DNA of 64,000 bases from Malacoraja senta. Lineage: Eukaryota. The notes under the pieces are model-generated. The model ran no database searches, was not told where the DNA came from, and saw only the letters and a program-made list of their open reading frames with translations. Below, piece by piece: positions 1 through 11,800 of the stretch; the stretch's first letter is position 1, and the number at the start of each line of letters is the position of its first letter. Location of the stretch: the NCBI GenBank assembly GCA_038087875.1, contig JAXLNO010000051.1, positions 620,001 to 684,000 on the forward strand, read 5' to 3'. The position numbers and the translations under genes were made by a program.

Positions 1-3000
1 ACGAAAATTCACCACGCGAAATGCAACGAAATTTCAGAACCTGAAAAGCGCCGAAAATTCATCATGGCAAAGCGACGGCGACGAAAGTTCAGCATGGGAA
101 AAGCGACGAAATTACAGGACGCATAAAGCGTCGAAATTTCAGCACACCAAAAGTGACTAAATTTCAGGATGTGAAAAACGACAAAATAACAGCACACGAA
201 AAGCGCCGAAAATTCAGCACACAAAAAGCGACGAAAATTCAGCATTCGAAAAGCGACGAAACATCAGGACGCAAAAAGCGACGAAATTTCAGGATGCGAA
301 AAGCGATGAAACATCAGGACGCATAAAGCAATTAAATTTCAGGACTTGGAAGGCGACGAAATTTCAGGACATGAAAAGGCGACGAAATTTCAGCACCGCG
401 AAAGGCGACGAAAATTCAGCCTGTGAAAAGCGATGAAAATTCAGCAAGTGAAAAGTGATGAACCTTCAGGAGGCGATAAGCGACAACAATTCAGCACGTG
501 AAAAGTAACTAACCTTCATGACGTGAAAAGCAACAAAAATTCAGCACACAGAAAGCGCCAAAATTTCAGAATATGAAATACGATGAAAATTCAACACGTG
601 AAAAGTGACGAAAATTCAGCACACGAAAAGTGATGACATTTCAGGACGTGAAAAGCGACGAAATTGCAGCATACTAAAAGCAACTCAGTTCGCGAAAAAG
701 ACGAATCTTCAGGACACGAAAAACGACGAAAATTCGAAATGCCAAAAGCGATGTAAATTCAAGATGCAAAACCCGACAACATTTCAGGACACGAAAAGCG
801 ACAAAATTTCAGGACGCGGAAAGCGATGAAACATCAGGACGTATAAAGCGATGAAATTTCAGAATGAGAAAAGCGACGAAATTTCAGCAGTCGAAGAGTG
901 ACGAAAATTCAGCAATCGAAAAGCGACGAAAATTTAGCACGCGAAAAGAGAGGAACATTCAGGAACATAAAGCGATGAATTTTCAGAGCGAGAAAAGGGG
1001 CAAGATTTCAGCACATGAAAAGAGAGGAATCTTCAGGATGTGAAAACTGATGAAAATGAAACACGCGAAAAACAACGAGAATTCAGCATGCAAAAAGTGA
1101 CGAAAATTCAGCACGCAAAAAGTGACAAACCTTCAGGATGCGAAAAGTGATGAAAATTCCGCTCGCAAAAACCAATGAAAATTCAGCACGCAGAAATCGA
1201 CGAACCGTCAGGACGTGAAAAGCAATGAAAAATCAGCACGCGAAAAGCGTCGAAAATTCAGCATACGAAAAGTGACGGAAATTCACCACGCGAAAAGTGA
1301 CGAACATTCAGGAACATAAAGCGATGAATTTTCAGAGCGAGAAAAGGGGCAAGATTTCAGCACACGAAAAGAGAGGAACCTTCAGTACGCGAAAAGCGAT
1401 GAAAATAAAGCACGCGAAAACCAACGAAAATTCAACACGCGAAAAGTAATGAAAATTCAGCACGCGAAAAGAGAGGAACCTTCAAGAGGTGAAAAGCGAT
1501 GAAAATGAAGCAGGCGAAAACCAACAAAAATTCAGCACGCGAAAAGCGACGAAGATTCAGCATGCGAAAAGCGATGAAATTACAGGACGCATAAAACGAT
1601 GAATTTTCAGCATGAGAAAAGCAGCAAGATTTCAGCACACAAAAAGTGACGAACCTTCAGGACGCGAAAAGTGATGAAAATGAAGCACATAAAAGCGACG
1701 AAAATTTAGCATGCGAAAAGTGACAAAAATCCAGCACGCGAAAAGCAACAAACGTTCAGCACACGAAATGCGACGTAAATTCAGGACGTGAAATGCGATG
1801 AAACATCAGGATGCATCAAGCGATGAAATTTCATGATGTGAAAAGAGACGAAATTTCAGCACGCGAAAAGCGACGAAAATTCAGCCAGCGAAAAGCGATG
1901 AAAATTCAGCACTTGAAAAGTTATGAACTTCAGGACGCAAAAAGAAACGAAAATTCAGCATGCGAAAAGCAACGAAAATTCTGCATGCGAAAAGCGACGA
2001 AATTACAGGACGCATAAAGCGACGAAATTGCAGGATGCATAAAGCGATGAAATTTCAGCACGCCAAAAGTGACTAAATTTCAGGATGTGGAAAGCGACAA
2101 AATAACAGCACTGGAAAAGCGCCGACATTTCAGCACACAAATAGCGACGGAAATTCAGCATGCGAAAAGTGACAAAATTACAGGACGCATAAAGCAATGA
2201 AATTTCTGAACATGAAAAGCGACGAAATTTCAGCACGTGACAAGCGCCAAAATTTCAGCACACAAAAGCGACAAACATTCAGCATGTGAAAAAGCGACGA
2301 AACATCAGGACACATAAAGTGACGAAATTTCAGAACGTGCAAAGCGACGAAATTTCAGCACATGAAAAACGATGAAAATTCAGCATGCGAAAAGCGACGA
2401 AAATCCACCCCGCGAAAAGTGACGAGATTTCAGAACATGAAAAGTGCCGAAAATTCAGCACACGAAAAGTGGCGAAAATTCTGCATGCGAAAATCGACGA
2501 ACCGTCAGCCCGTGAAAAGCGACGAAAATTCAGAACGCGAAAAGAGAGGAACCTTCAGGACGCAAAAAGCGAAGAAAATGAAGCACGTGAAAACCAACGA
2601 AAATCAGCAAGCGAAAAGCGACGAAAATTCAGCACGTGAAAAGAGAGGAACCTTCACGATGCGAAAAGCGATGAAAATGAAGCATGCGAAAACCAACGAA
2701 TATTCACCACGCGAAAAGCAACGAAAATTCAGCATGCGAAAAGCGACGAAATTACAGGACGCATAAAGCGACGAAATTACAGGATGCATAAAGCGATGAA
2801 ATTTCAGCATGCCAAAAGTGACTAAATTTCAGGATGTGAAAAGTGACAAAATAAGCGCCGACGTTTCAGCACACAAATAGCGACGAAAATGCAGCATGCG
2901 AAAAGCGACAAAACTACAGGACGCAAAAAGCAACGAAATTTCAGAATATGAAAATCGACGAAAGTTTAGCACACGAAAAGCGCCAAAATTTTAGCACACA

Positions 3001-3019
3001 AAAGGCGACAAAAATTCAG
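1..3019 (+). repeat. 25-bp satellite array (consensus CACGCGAAAAGCGACGAAAATTCAG), segment 1
   Basis: Continuous diverged tandem copies of a 25-bp unit. The supplied ORFs repeat a 25-aa phrase (KIQHAKSDENSAREKRRKFSTRKAT), which equals 3 monomers. Confidence 0.97.
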
Positions 3020-3890
3020 ATATTTGGGACGAAAGTTTACAACATATACATCAATGCTCGGTAAATGCCAGACATGCTTTAATACAATTTAAAGTTTTAC
3101 ACAGATTACATTTCTCCAAAATAAAACTAAATAGAATCTTCCCACATATTTCTCCTATCTGTGATAGATGCCTGCATCTAGAGACCAATTTAACACATAC
3201 TTTTGCAAATTGTATAACAATTAAAAATTTCTGGACTGATATTTTCGAAATAATTTCTGCAGTTGTTAATACTAAATTGGCTCCAGAATCAAAATTAATA
3301 ATACTTGGGATATCAGAACAAAGTTTAACATTTACAACAAGCCAAAGAAACTTCCTCGACTATTGTATAAGAACTGGGAAAAAATTAATATAAACATTTT
3401 GGAAAGGCCCTACAACCCCCACAATTAAAATGTGGATTATGGAAATGTCTGAGACCCTACATCTAGAAAGAAATAGACTTGTCTTAATGGACAAGCAAGA
3501 ACTTGTTGTTAAAATATGGGCTCCATTCATTACCTATTTGAGGGGATAGATTGACCCAGCACGAAAACCCAACTGAAGCTTGAACTCAGGATTAGATGTA
3601 ATTATATTTCATAACCTACGAACTTATCTCCAATGACGTATTATAAGTAATTTATTCCACCTCCTTTTCTTTTTTGATATTTGTAATTCTTCTTTCTCTC
3701 TATTTCTCTTTCTCTATCTATATAATAAAAAAACACTAGAAGCAGAATTAATTGACAATTGACAAATTTAATAATGTATGAGTGATTGATGTATATGAAA
3801 GTTTTTTTTCTATTATATTATGTTACTATACCTTATAATATGTCTGCTTCTAATAAAAAAAATTATTAAAAAAATAAAAATAAAACAAAA
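3020..3890 (+). mobile_element. 5'-truncated L1-clade LINE: ORF2 C-terminus, 3' UTR and degenerate poly(A)
   Basis: My translation of 3022-3549 gives IWDESLQHIHQCSVNARHALIQFKVLHRLHFSKIKLNRIFPHISPICDRCLHLETNLTHTFANC...FW...TFWK...KIWAPFITYLRG*. This matches the CxxC..H..C (zf-RVT-type) C-terminus of fish L1 ORF2. One internal TAA at 3391-3393. A-rich tail at about 3851-3890. Confidence 0.85.
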
Positions 3891-3988
3891 ACATATCCTA
3901 TTTATTTTTGTGTTACACGGGGAGTCAAATGCAACGGAATTTCGTTTAGAATTGCATTTATTGATGTATTTCTGAAAGACGGTAAAGT

Positions 3989-3990
<2 letters not shown>

Positions 3991-4019
<29 letters not shown>

Positions 4020-4037
4020 AGATTGATTGATTGATTG
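3991..4037. repeat. (TTGA)n tetranucleotide microsatellite
   Basis: ttgattgattga... about 11 units with one variant. Confidence 0.95.
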
Positions 4038-4039
4038 AC

Positions 4040-4630
4040 AACAACACCTCAAAAAACCTTAAAAACTGCTGAAAACAACTGAACCCCTCAAAAACCCCCG
4101 ATCCCTTAAAACTGCATCAAAACCCCAAAATCCATCAAAACTACAAATCAAAACTCCCAAAACCACTGATCAACCCTCAAAAGCCCTCAAACCCCCTCAA
4201 ACCCCCTCAAAAACCCTAACTGCTTAAAAACCCTCAAACCCCCTCAAAACTGCTTAAAAAACCCTAAAAAACCATCAAAACTGCTAAAAAAAACAAAGCT
4301 GCTCAAAAAACCCTCAACAACTCAAAATAGCTAAAAAAAAACTAAAAACCTCAATCCCACGACAACGCGCAAAACCCCTCAACAACCCTGAAAACTGTTC
4401 AAACTCCTCAAAAAAACTCAAAACTGCTCTAACCCTCAACAACGCCTCATAAAACCATCAACAACCCTCAACAGCGCCTAAAAAACCCATCAACAACCCT
4501 CAATAACGACTCGAAAAACCATCAACAACCCTCAACAACGCCTCAAAAAACCATCAACAACCCTCACAAATCCTCAAGATCCCGAAAACCCCCCGAAAAA
4601 CTGCTGAAAAACCCGTCAACAACGCCTCCA
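4040..4630. repeat. Degenerate A/C-rich tandem repeat (CCCTCAAAA / AAAACTGCT words; about 32-bp unit AAAAACCATCAACAACCCTCAACAACGCCTC near 4430-4565)
   Basis: Recurrent ccctcaa and aaaactgct words, with about 4 copies of the longer unit. Confidence 0.75.
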
Positions 4631-4639
4631 TTCCTCCAC

Positions 4640-5380
4640 TGATCTCTCTCTCTCTGTCTCCCTCCCCTCTTCCTCACCCTCCATCTCTCCCTCCCTCTCT
4701 ACCTCTCCCTCCATCACAGCTCCCTCATTCCCTCCCCTTTCCCTCAAACTCCCTCCCGTTCCGTCCCGAAACACCCTCAATCATTTCAAACTCCGTCCCT
4801 CCCCCTCAATCCCTGAACCGCCCTCACCTCCCCCACACCCCCTCCCCTACACCCCCTCCCCTACACCACCTCCCCTACACCCCCTCCCCTACTTCCATCC
4901 ACACCTGCTCTCCACCATCCCGTCGATTCGCCACTACCTGGAAAAATAAATTCCTCCTCATCTCTTTCCTAAAGGAACGTCCACCATTCTATCACCTCCC
5001 CCTCCCCACCTCCCCTCACCCCCTCCCCCCTCCCCCACACCCCTTCCCCCTTCCCCCACTCCTCTACACCCCCTCCCCTACACCCCTCCTCTACACTCCC
5101 TCCCCTACACCCCCTCCTCTACACCCCCGCTCCAAAACCACCTCCCCCACATCCCTCCGCTACACCTCCTCCCCCACCCCCACCCCCACCCCCCCTCCTC
5201 TACACCCCTCCCCTGCACACGCAACCCTACCCCTCCCCCACATCCCCTCCCCTTCACCCCCTCCCCTACCTTCCACCTCCTCTACACCCCTCCCCTACAT
5301 TCCTCCTCCACCACACCCCCTCCCCTAAACCCACTCCTCTACCTTCCTCCTCCCCCACACCCTCCCCTACACCCCCCTCA
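4640..5380. repeat. C-rich low-complexity tract (CCCCTCCCCTACAC-like units)
   Basis: Repeated acaccccctcccct words, almost no G on the + strand. Confidence 0.85.
4916..4990 (-). mobile_element. Tiny, old CR1 ORF2 C-terminal fragment
   Basis: Reverse complement agaatggtggacgttcctttaggaaagagatgaggaggaatttatttttccaggtagtggcgaatc resembles the GxSFRxEMRxNFFxQRVVNL segment of the other CR1 copies in this window. Confidence 0.6.
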
Positions 5381-5388
5381 AAACTGAT

Positions 5389-5631
5389 CATGAGAGAGAG
5401 AGAGGGAGGGAGAGAGGGGCAGGTAGGGGCATTGAGAAGGAGCGAGAGAGAGACTGGGGGAGAGAGGCACAGGGGAGAGTTTGAGGGAGGGAGTGGGGCT
5501 GAGAGGGGAGACACTGGGATTGGGGGAGACACTGTGAGGGAGGGAGAGAGAGAGAGAGAAGGGACAGGGGGAGAGTCTGAGTTTATGTTTCATTGGCAGG
5601 AAGAAGAGAGAGAGAAAGTTAATATTATGTT

Positions 5632-5688
<57 letters not shown>

Positions 5689-5760
5689 GAGAGATAAAGA
5701 GAGAGAAGTTAATATTATGTTAGAGAGAGGGAGAGAGAAGAATAGACAGACTGGGGAGTG
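5389..5760. repeat. GA-rich tract with (GA)n microsatellite and a duplicated AAGTTAATATTATGTTAGAGAG word
   Basis: (GA)n at about 5641-5685; the word occurs near 5616 and near 5707. Confidence 0.9.
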
Positions 5761-5769
5761 AAGAGACAC

Positions 5770-5823
5770 TGCGCATGCGCGTGGGAAGCGTTGAGGGTGC
5801 TGGTGGTCGCATCTGCGCATGCG
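5770..5823. promoter_or_regulatory. Two NRF1-type motifs (TGCGCATGCGC at 5770-5780, TGCGCATGCG at 5814-5823)
   Basis: Match to the vertebrate NRF1 consensus YGCGCAYGCGCR. Function is not shown. Confidence 0.4.
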
Positions 5824-5833
5824 TGGGAGTCAG

Positions 5834-8800
5834 GGCACATGAAAAGTGACGAGCTTTCAGGACACAAAAATTGACGAAAATTCAGCACGCGAAAAGTGGG
5901 GGAAATTCAGCAGGCGAAATGCGACGAATCTTCAGGATGCGAAAAACGACGAAAGCACGTGAAAAATGACAAAAATTCAGCACACTAAAAGTAACAAAAA
6001 TTCAGCATGCGTAAAGTGACGAAATTTCAGAATGTGAAAAGTGACGAAAATTCAGCATGCGAAAAGTGACAAAAATTCAGCATGCGAAAATCTACAAAAA
6101 TTCAGCACACTAAAAGCGACGTAATATCAAGACGCGAAAAGCAACTAAACATTGGGACACATAAAGCGACGAAAACCTCAGCATGTGCAAAGTGACAACA
6201 TTTCAGCACATGAAAAGCTACGAAAATTCAGCCAGTGAAAAGCGACGAAAATTTAGCACGAGATAAGCGACGAAAATTCAGCATGTGAAAAGCGACGAAC
6301 CTTTAGGTTGCGAAAAGTGATGAAAATGAAGTACATAGATACATAGAAATTAGGTGCAGGAGTAGGCCATTCGGCCCTTCGAGCCTGCACCGCCATTCAA
6401 TACGATCATGGCTGATCATCCAACTCAGTATCCCGTACCTGCCTTCTCTCCATACCCCCTGATCCCTTTAGCCACAAGGGCCACATCTAATTCCCTCTTA
6501 AATATAGCCAATGAACTGGCCTCAACTACCCTCTGTGGCAGAGAGTTCCAGAGATTCACCACTCTCTGTGTGAAAAAGTTTTTCCTCATCTCGGTCTTAA
6601 AGGATTTTCCCCTTATCCTTAAGCTGTGACCCCTTGTCCTGGACTTCCCCAACATCGGGAACAATCTTCCTGCATCTAGCCTGTCCATCCCCATAAGAAT
6701 CTTGTACGTTTCTATAAGATCCCTCTCAATCTCCTAAATTCTAGCGAGTATAAGCCAAGTCTATCCAGTCTTTCTTTCTTTCGGGAAAAGCAACGAAAAT
6801 TTACCATGCTAAAAGCAACGAACCCAGTATGCGAAAAGTGATGAAAATGATGAAAATGAAGCACGCGAAAAGCGACGAATATTCAGCACACGAAAAGCGA
6901 CGTAAATTCAGGACACGAAAAGTGATGAAAATCAAGCACGCGAAAGGCGATTAAAATCAAGCACGCGAAAGGTGACGAAAATTTAGCATTCGAAAAGTGA
7001 CAAAAATTCAGCATGCGAAAAGTGACGAACCTTTAGGACATGAATAGCGATGAAAATGAAGCACGGGAAAAGCGATGAAAATTCAGCTTGCGAAAAGCGA
7101 CAAAAATTCATCATGCGAAAAGCAACGAATATTCAGCATGCGAAAAGTGACGAAAATACAGCAAGTGAAAACGATGAAACATCAGGATGCGAAAAATGAT
7201 GAAAATGAAGCACGTGAAAAGCGACGAAAATTCAGCACACAAAAAGCGACGTAAATTACTGACACAAAAAGCGACGGAACTTCAGTATGCGAAAAGTGAT
7301 GAAAATTCAGCATGCGAAAAGTGATGAAAATTCAGCAGGCGAAATGCAACGAAACTTCAGGACGTGAAAAGTGATGAAAATGAACCACGCGAAATGCGAT
7401 GAAAATTCAGCATGCGAAAAGCGATGAATATTCAGCATGCGAAAAGTGACGAAAATACAGCACCTTCAGGATACGAAAGCGATGAAAATGAAGCACGGGA
7501 AAAGCGCCAAAAATTTAGCATGCTAAACGCGACGAAACTTCAGGACGCAAAAAATGATGAAAATGAAGGACGTGAAAGGCGATGAAAATGAAGCACTTGA
7601 AAGGCGACGGAAATCTACAAAAATACTGTATGCAAAAAGCGATCAAAATTCAGCACGAAAAGCTACATAAATTCAGGACGCGAAAAGCAACAAAACATCA
7701 GGACACATAAAGTGACGAAAATCTCAGCACGTGCAACGCGACAAAATTTCAGCACATGAAAAGCGACAAAAATGCAGCCAGCGAAAAGCGATGAAAATTC
7801 AGCACATCAAAAATGATGACATTTCAGCACGAGAAAAGCAACGAAAATTCAGCATGCGAAAATCGACCAAACTTCAGCATGCAAAAATCGACGAAAATTC
7901 AGCATGTGAAAAGCGATGAACCTTCAGGATGCGAAAAGCGATGAAATTGAAGCAAAGGATAAGCGACGAAAATTTAGCATTTTAAAAGTGACGAACCTTC
8001 AGTATGCGAAAAGTGATGAAAATGAAGCACACGGAAAGCGACGAAAATTCAGCACACGAAAAGCGACGTAAATTCAGGATGCAAAAAGCGCCGAAAATTC
8101 AGCATGCGAAAAGCGACGAAACTTCAGGATGCAAAAAGTTATGAAAATGAAGCACGTGGAAGTCGATGAAAATGAAGCACGTGAAAGACGACGAAAATTC
8201 AGCATGCAAAAAGTGACAAAAATTCAGCACGCGAAATGTGATGAACCTTCAGGATGCTAAAAGCAATGAAAATGAAGCACGGGAAAAGCGATGAAAATTC
8301 AGCTTGAGAAAAGCAACAAAAATTCAGCACGCAAAAATCGACGAATATTCAGCATGCGAAAAGTGACGAAAATACAGCACGTGAAAAGCGACGAAAACTC
8401 AACCTGCGAAAAGCGACAAAAATTCAACACACAAAAAGTGACGAAAATTCAGCACGCGAAAAGTGACGAACCTTCAGGATGTGAAAAGTGATGAAAATGA
8501 AGCACGGGAAAAGCGACGAAGCTTCAGCATGCGAAAAGCGACGAACCTTCAGGACGCGAAAAGTGATAAAAATGAAGCACACAAAAGGCGATGAAAATGA
8601 AGCACATGAAAGGCGACGAAAATTCGGCATGTGAAAATCTACAAAAATACTGCATGCGAATAGCGATGATAATTGAGCACAAAAAGCGACATAAATTCAG
8701 GACGCGAAAAGCAACAAAACATCGGGACACATAAAGCGACGAAAATCTCAGCACGTGCAACGCGACAAAATTTCAGCACATGAAAAGCGACGAAAATTCA

Positions 8801-11800
8801 GCCAGCGAAAAGCGATGAAAATTCAGCACGTCAAAAATGATGACATTTCAGAACGAGAAAAGTGACAAAAATTCAGCATGCGAAAATCGACGAAACTTCA
8901 GCATGCGAAAATCGACGAAAATTCAGCATGTGAAATGCGACGAACCTTCAGGATACGAAAAGCGATGAAATTGAACCAAAGGATAAGCGACGGAAATTTA
9001 GCATTCTAAAAGTGACGAACCTTCAGTATGCGAAAAGTGATGAAAATGAAGCACGCGGAAAGCGACGAAAATCCAGCACACGAAAAGCGACGTAAATTCA
9101 GGATGCGAAAAGCACCGAAATTTCAGCATGCGAAAAGCGACGAAACTTCAGGATGCAAAAAGTGATGCAAATGAAGCACGTGGAAGGCGATGAAAATGAA
9201 GCACGCGAAAGAGGCCGAAAATTCAGCATGCGAAAAGTGACAAAAATTCAGCACGCGAAAAGTGGCGAACCTCCAGGACGCTAAAAGCTATGAAAATGAA
9301 GCACGGGAAAGGCGACAGAAATTCAGCATGCGAAAAGCGACCAAAATTCAGCACGAGAAAGGTGACGAAATTTCAGAAGGTGAAAAACGCCGAAAATTCA
9401 GCACACGAAATGCGACGAAACTTCAGGACGAAAAAAGCGATGAAAATTCAGCCGCGAAAAGTGACAAAAATACAGCACGTGAAAAGCGACGAAAACTCAG
9501 CCTGCGAAAAGCGATGAAAATTCAGCATGACAAAAGTGATGAACCAGGATGCGAAAAGCGATGTAAATTCAGCACGCGAAAAGTAAGGACATTTCAGAAA
9601 GAGAAATGCGACAAAAATTCAGCACTGGAAAAGCGACGACAATTCAGCATGTGGAAAGCGACAAAAATTCAGAACGCGAAAAGCGACGAAAATTGAGCAC
9701 GCGAAAAGTGAAAACATTTCAGAATGTGAAAAGCGACGAAAATTCAGCACCCGAAAAGCGACGAAAATTCAGCACACGAAAAGCGACGTAAATTCAGGAT
9801 GCGAAAAGCACCAAAACTTCATCATGCGAAAAGGGACGAAACTTCGGGACGCAAAAAGTGATGAAAATGAAGCACGTGAAAGGCGATCAAAATGAAGCAC
9901 GGGAAAAGCGATGAAAATTCAGCTTGAGAAAAGCAACAAAAATTCAGCACGCAAAAATCGACGAATATTCAGCATGCGAAAAGTGACGAAAATACAGCAC
10001 GTGAAAAGCGACGAAAACTCAACCTGCGAAAAGCGACAAAAATTCAACACACAAAAAGCGACGATAATTCAGGACGAGAAAAGTGATGAAAATGAAGCAC
10101 GGGAAAAGCGACGAAAATTCAGCATGCGAAAAGCAATGAAAATTCAGTGCGCTAAAAGCGACAAAAATTCAGAACGCGAAAAGCGACGAAAATTCAGCAC
10201 GCGAAATGTGAAAACATTTCAGAACGTGAAAAGCGACGAAAATTCAGCACCCGAAAAGCAACGTGAATTCAGGATGCGAAAAGCGACGAAACTTCAGCAT
10301 GCGAAAAGCGACGAACCTTCAGGACGCCAAAAGTGATAAAAATGAAGCACGCAAAAGGCGATGAAAATGAAGCACGTGAAAGGCGACGAAAATTCAGCAT
10401 GTGAAAATCTACAAAAATACTGCATGCAAAAAGCGATGAAAATTCAGCACAAAAAGCGACATAAATTCAGGACGCGAAAAGCAACAAAACATCGGGACAC
10501 ATAAAGCGACGAAAATCTCAGCACGTGCACCGCGACAAAATTTCAGCACATGAAATGCGACGAAAATTCAGCCAGTGAAAAGTGATGAAAATTCAGCACG
10601 TGAAAAGTGAAAACATTTCAGCACCCGAAAAGCGACGAAACTTCAGCATGCGAAAATCGACGAAAATTCAGCATGTGAAAAGCGACGAACCTTCAGGATG
10701 CGAAAAGCGATGAAATCGAAGCAAAGGATAAGCGACGGAAATTTTGCATGCTAAAAGTGACGAACCTTCAGTATGCGAAAAGTGATGAAAATGAAGCACG
10801 CGAAAAGCGACGAAAATTCAGCACACGAAAAGCGACGTAAATTCAGGATGCGAAAAGCGCCAAAACTTCAGCATGCGAAAAGCGACAAAACTTCGGGACG
10901 CAAAAAGTGATGAAAATGAAGCACGTGAAAGGCGATCAAAATGAAGCACGGGAAAAGCGATGAAAATTCAGCTTGAGAAAAGCAACAAAAATTCAGCACG
11001 CAAAAATCGACGAATATTCAGCATGCGAAAAGTGACGAAAATACAGCACGTGAAAAGCGACGAAAACTCAACCTGCGAAAAGCGACAAAAATTCAACACA
11101 CAAAAAGCGACGAAAATTAAGCACGTGAAAAGTGACGAACCTTCAGGACGTGAAAAGTGATGAAAATGAAGCATGGGAAAAGCGACGAAAATTCAGCAGG
11201 CTAAAAGCGACAAAAATTCAGAACGCGAAAAGCGACGAAAATTCAGCACGCGAAAAGTGAAAACATTTCAGAACGTGAAAAGCGACGAAAATTCAGCACC
11301 CGAAAAGCGACGTGAATTCAGGATGCGAAAAGCGACGACACTTCAGCATGCGAAAAGCGACGAACCTTCAGGACGCGAAAAGTGCTAAAAAATGAAGCAT
11401 GCAAAAGGCGATGAAAATGAAGCACGTGAAAGGCGACGAAAATTCGGCATGTGAAAATCTACAAAAATATTGCATGCAAAAAGCGATCAAAATTCAGCAC
11501 AAAAAGCGACATAAATTCAGGACGCGAAAAGCAACAAAACATCGGGACACATAAAGCGACGAAAATCTCAGCACGTGCACCTCGACAAAATTTCAGCACA
11601 TGAAAAGCGACGAAAATTCAGCCAGCGAAAAGTGATGAAAATTCAGCACCCGAAAAGTGAAAACATTTCAGAACGTGAAAAGCGACGAAAATTCAGCAAC
11701 TGAAAAGCGACGAACCTTCCGGATGAGAAAAGCGATGAAATTGAAGCAAAGGATAAGCGACGGAAATTTTGCATGCTAAAAGTGACGAACCTTCAGTATG

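Noticed and set aside
1..3019. CENP-B box in the monomer (TTCG on the - strand)
   Set aside because: The - strand reads TTCGTCGCTTTTCGCG, which does not fit TTCGnnnnAnnCGGG.
4040..4630. Interstitial telomeric repeat
   Set aside because: Only isolated CCCTAA words occur. The dominant word is CCCTCAA and there is no (CCCTAA)n run.
4899..4950. Apparent minus-strand micro-exon (tttttccAG ... GTgtgg)
   Set aside because: Better explained as a degenerate CR1 FFxQRVVNL segment.
5266..5820. ORFs rich in ER, SL or P
   Set aside because: Translations of GA/CT low-complexity sequence.
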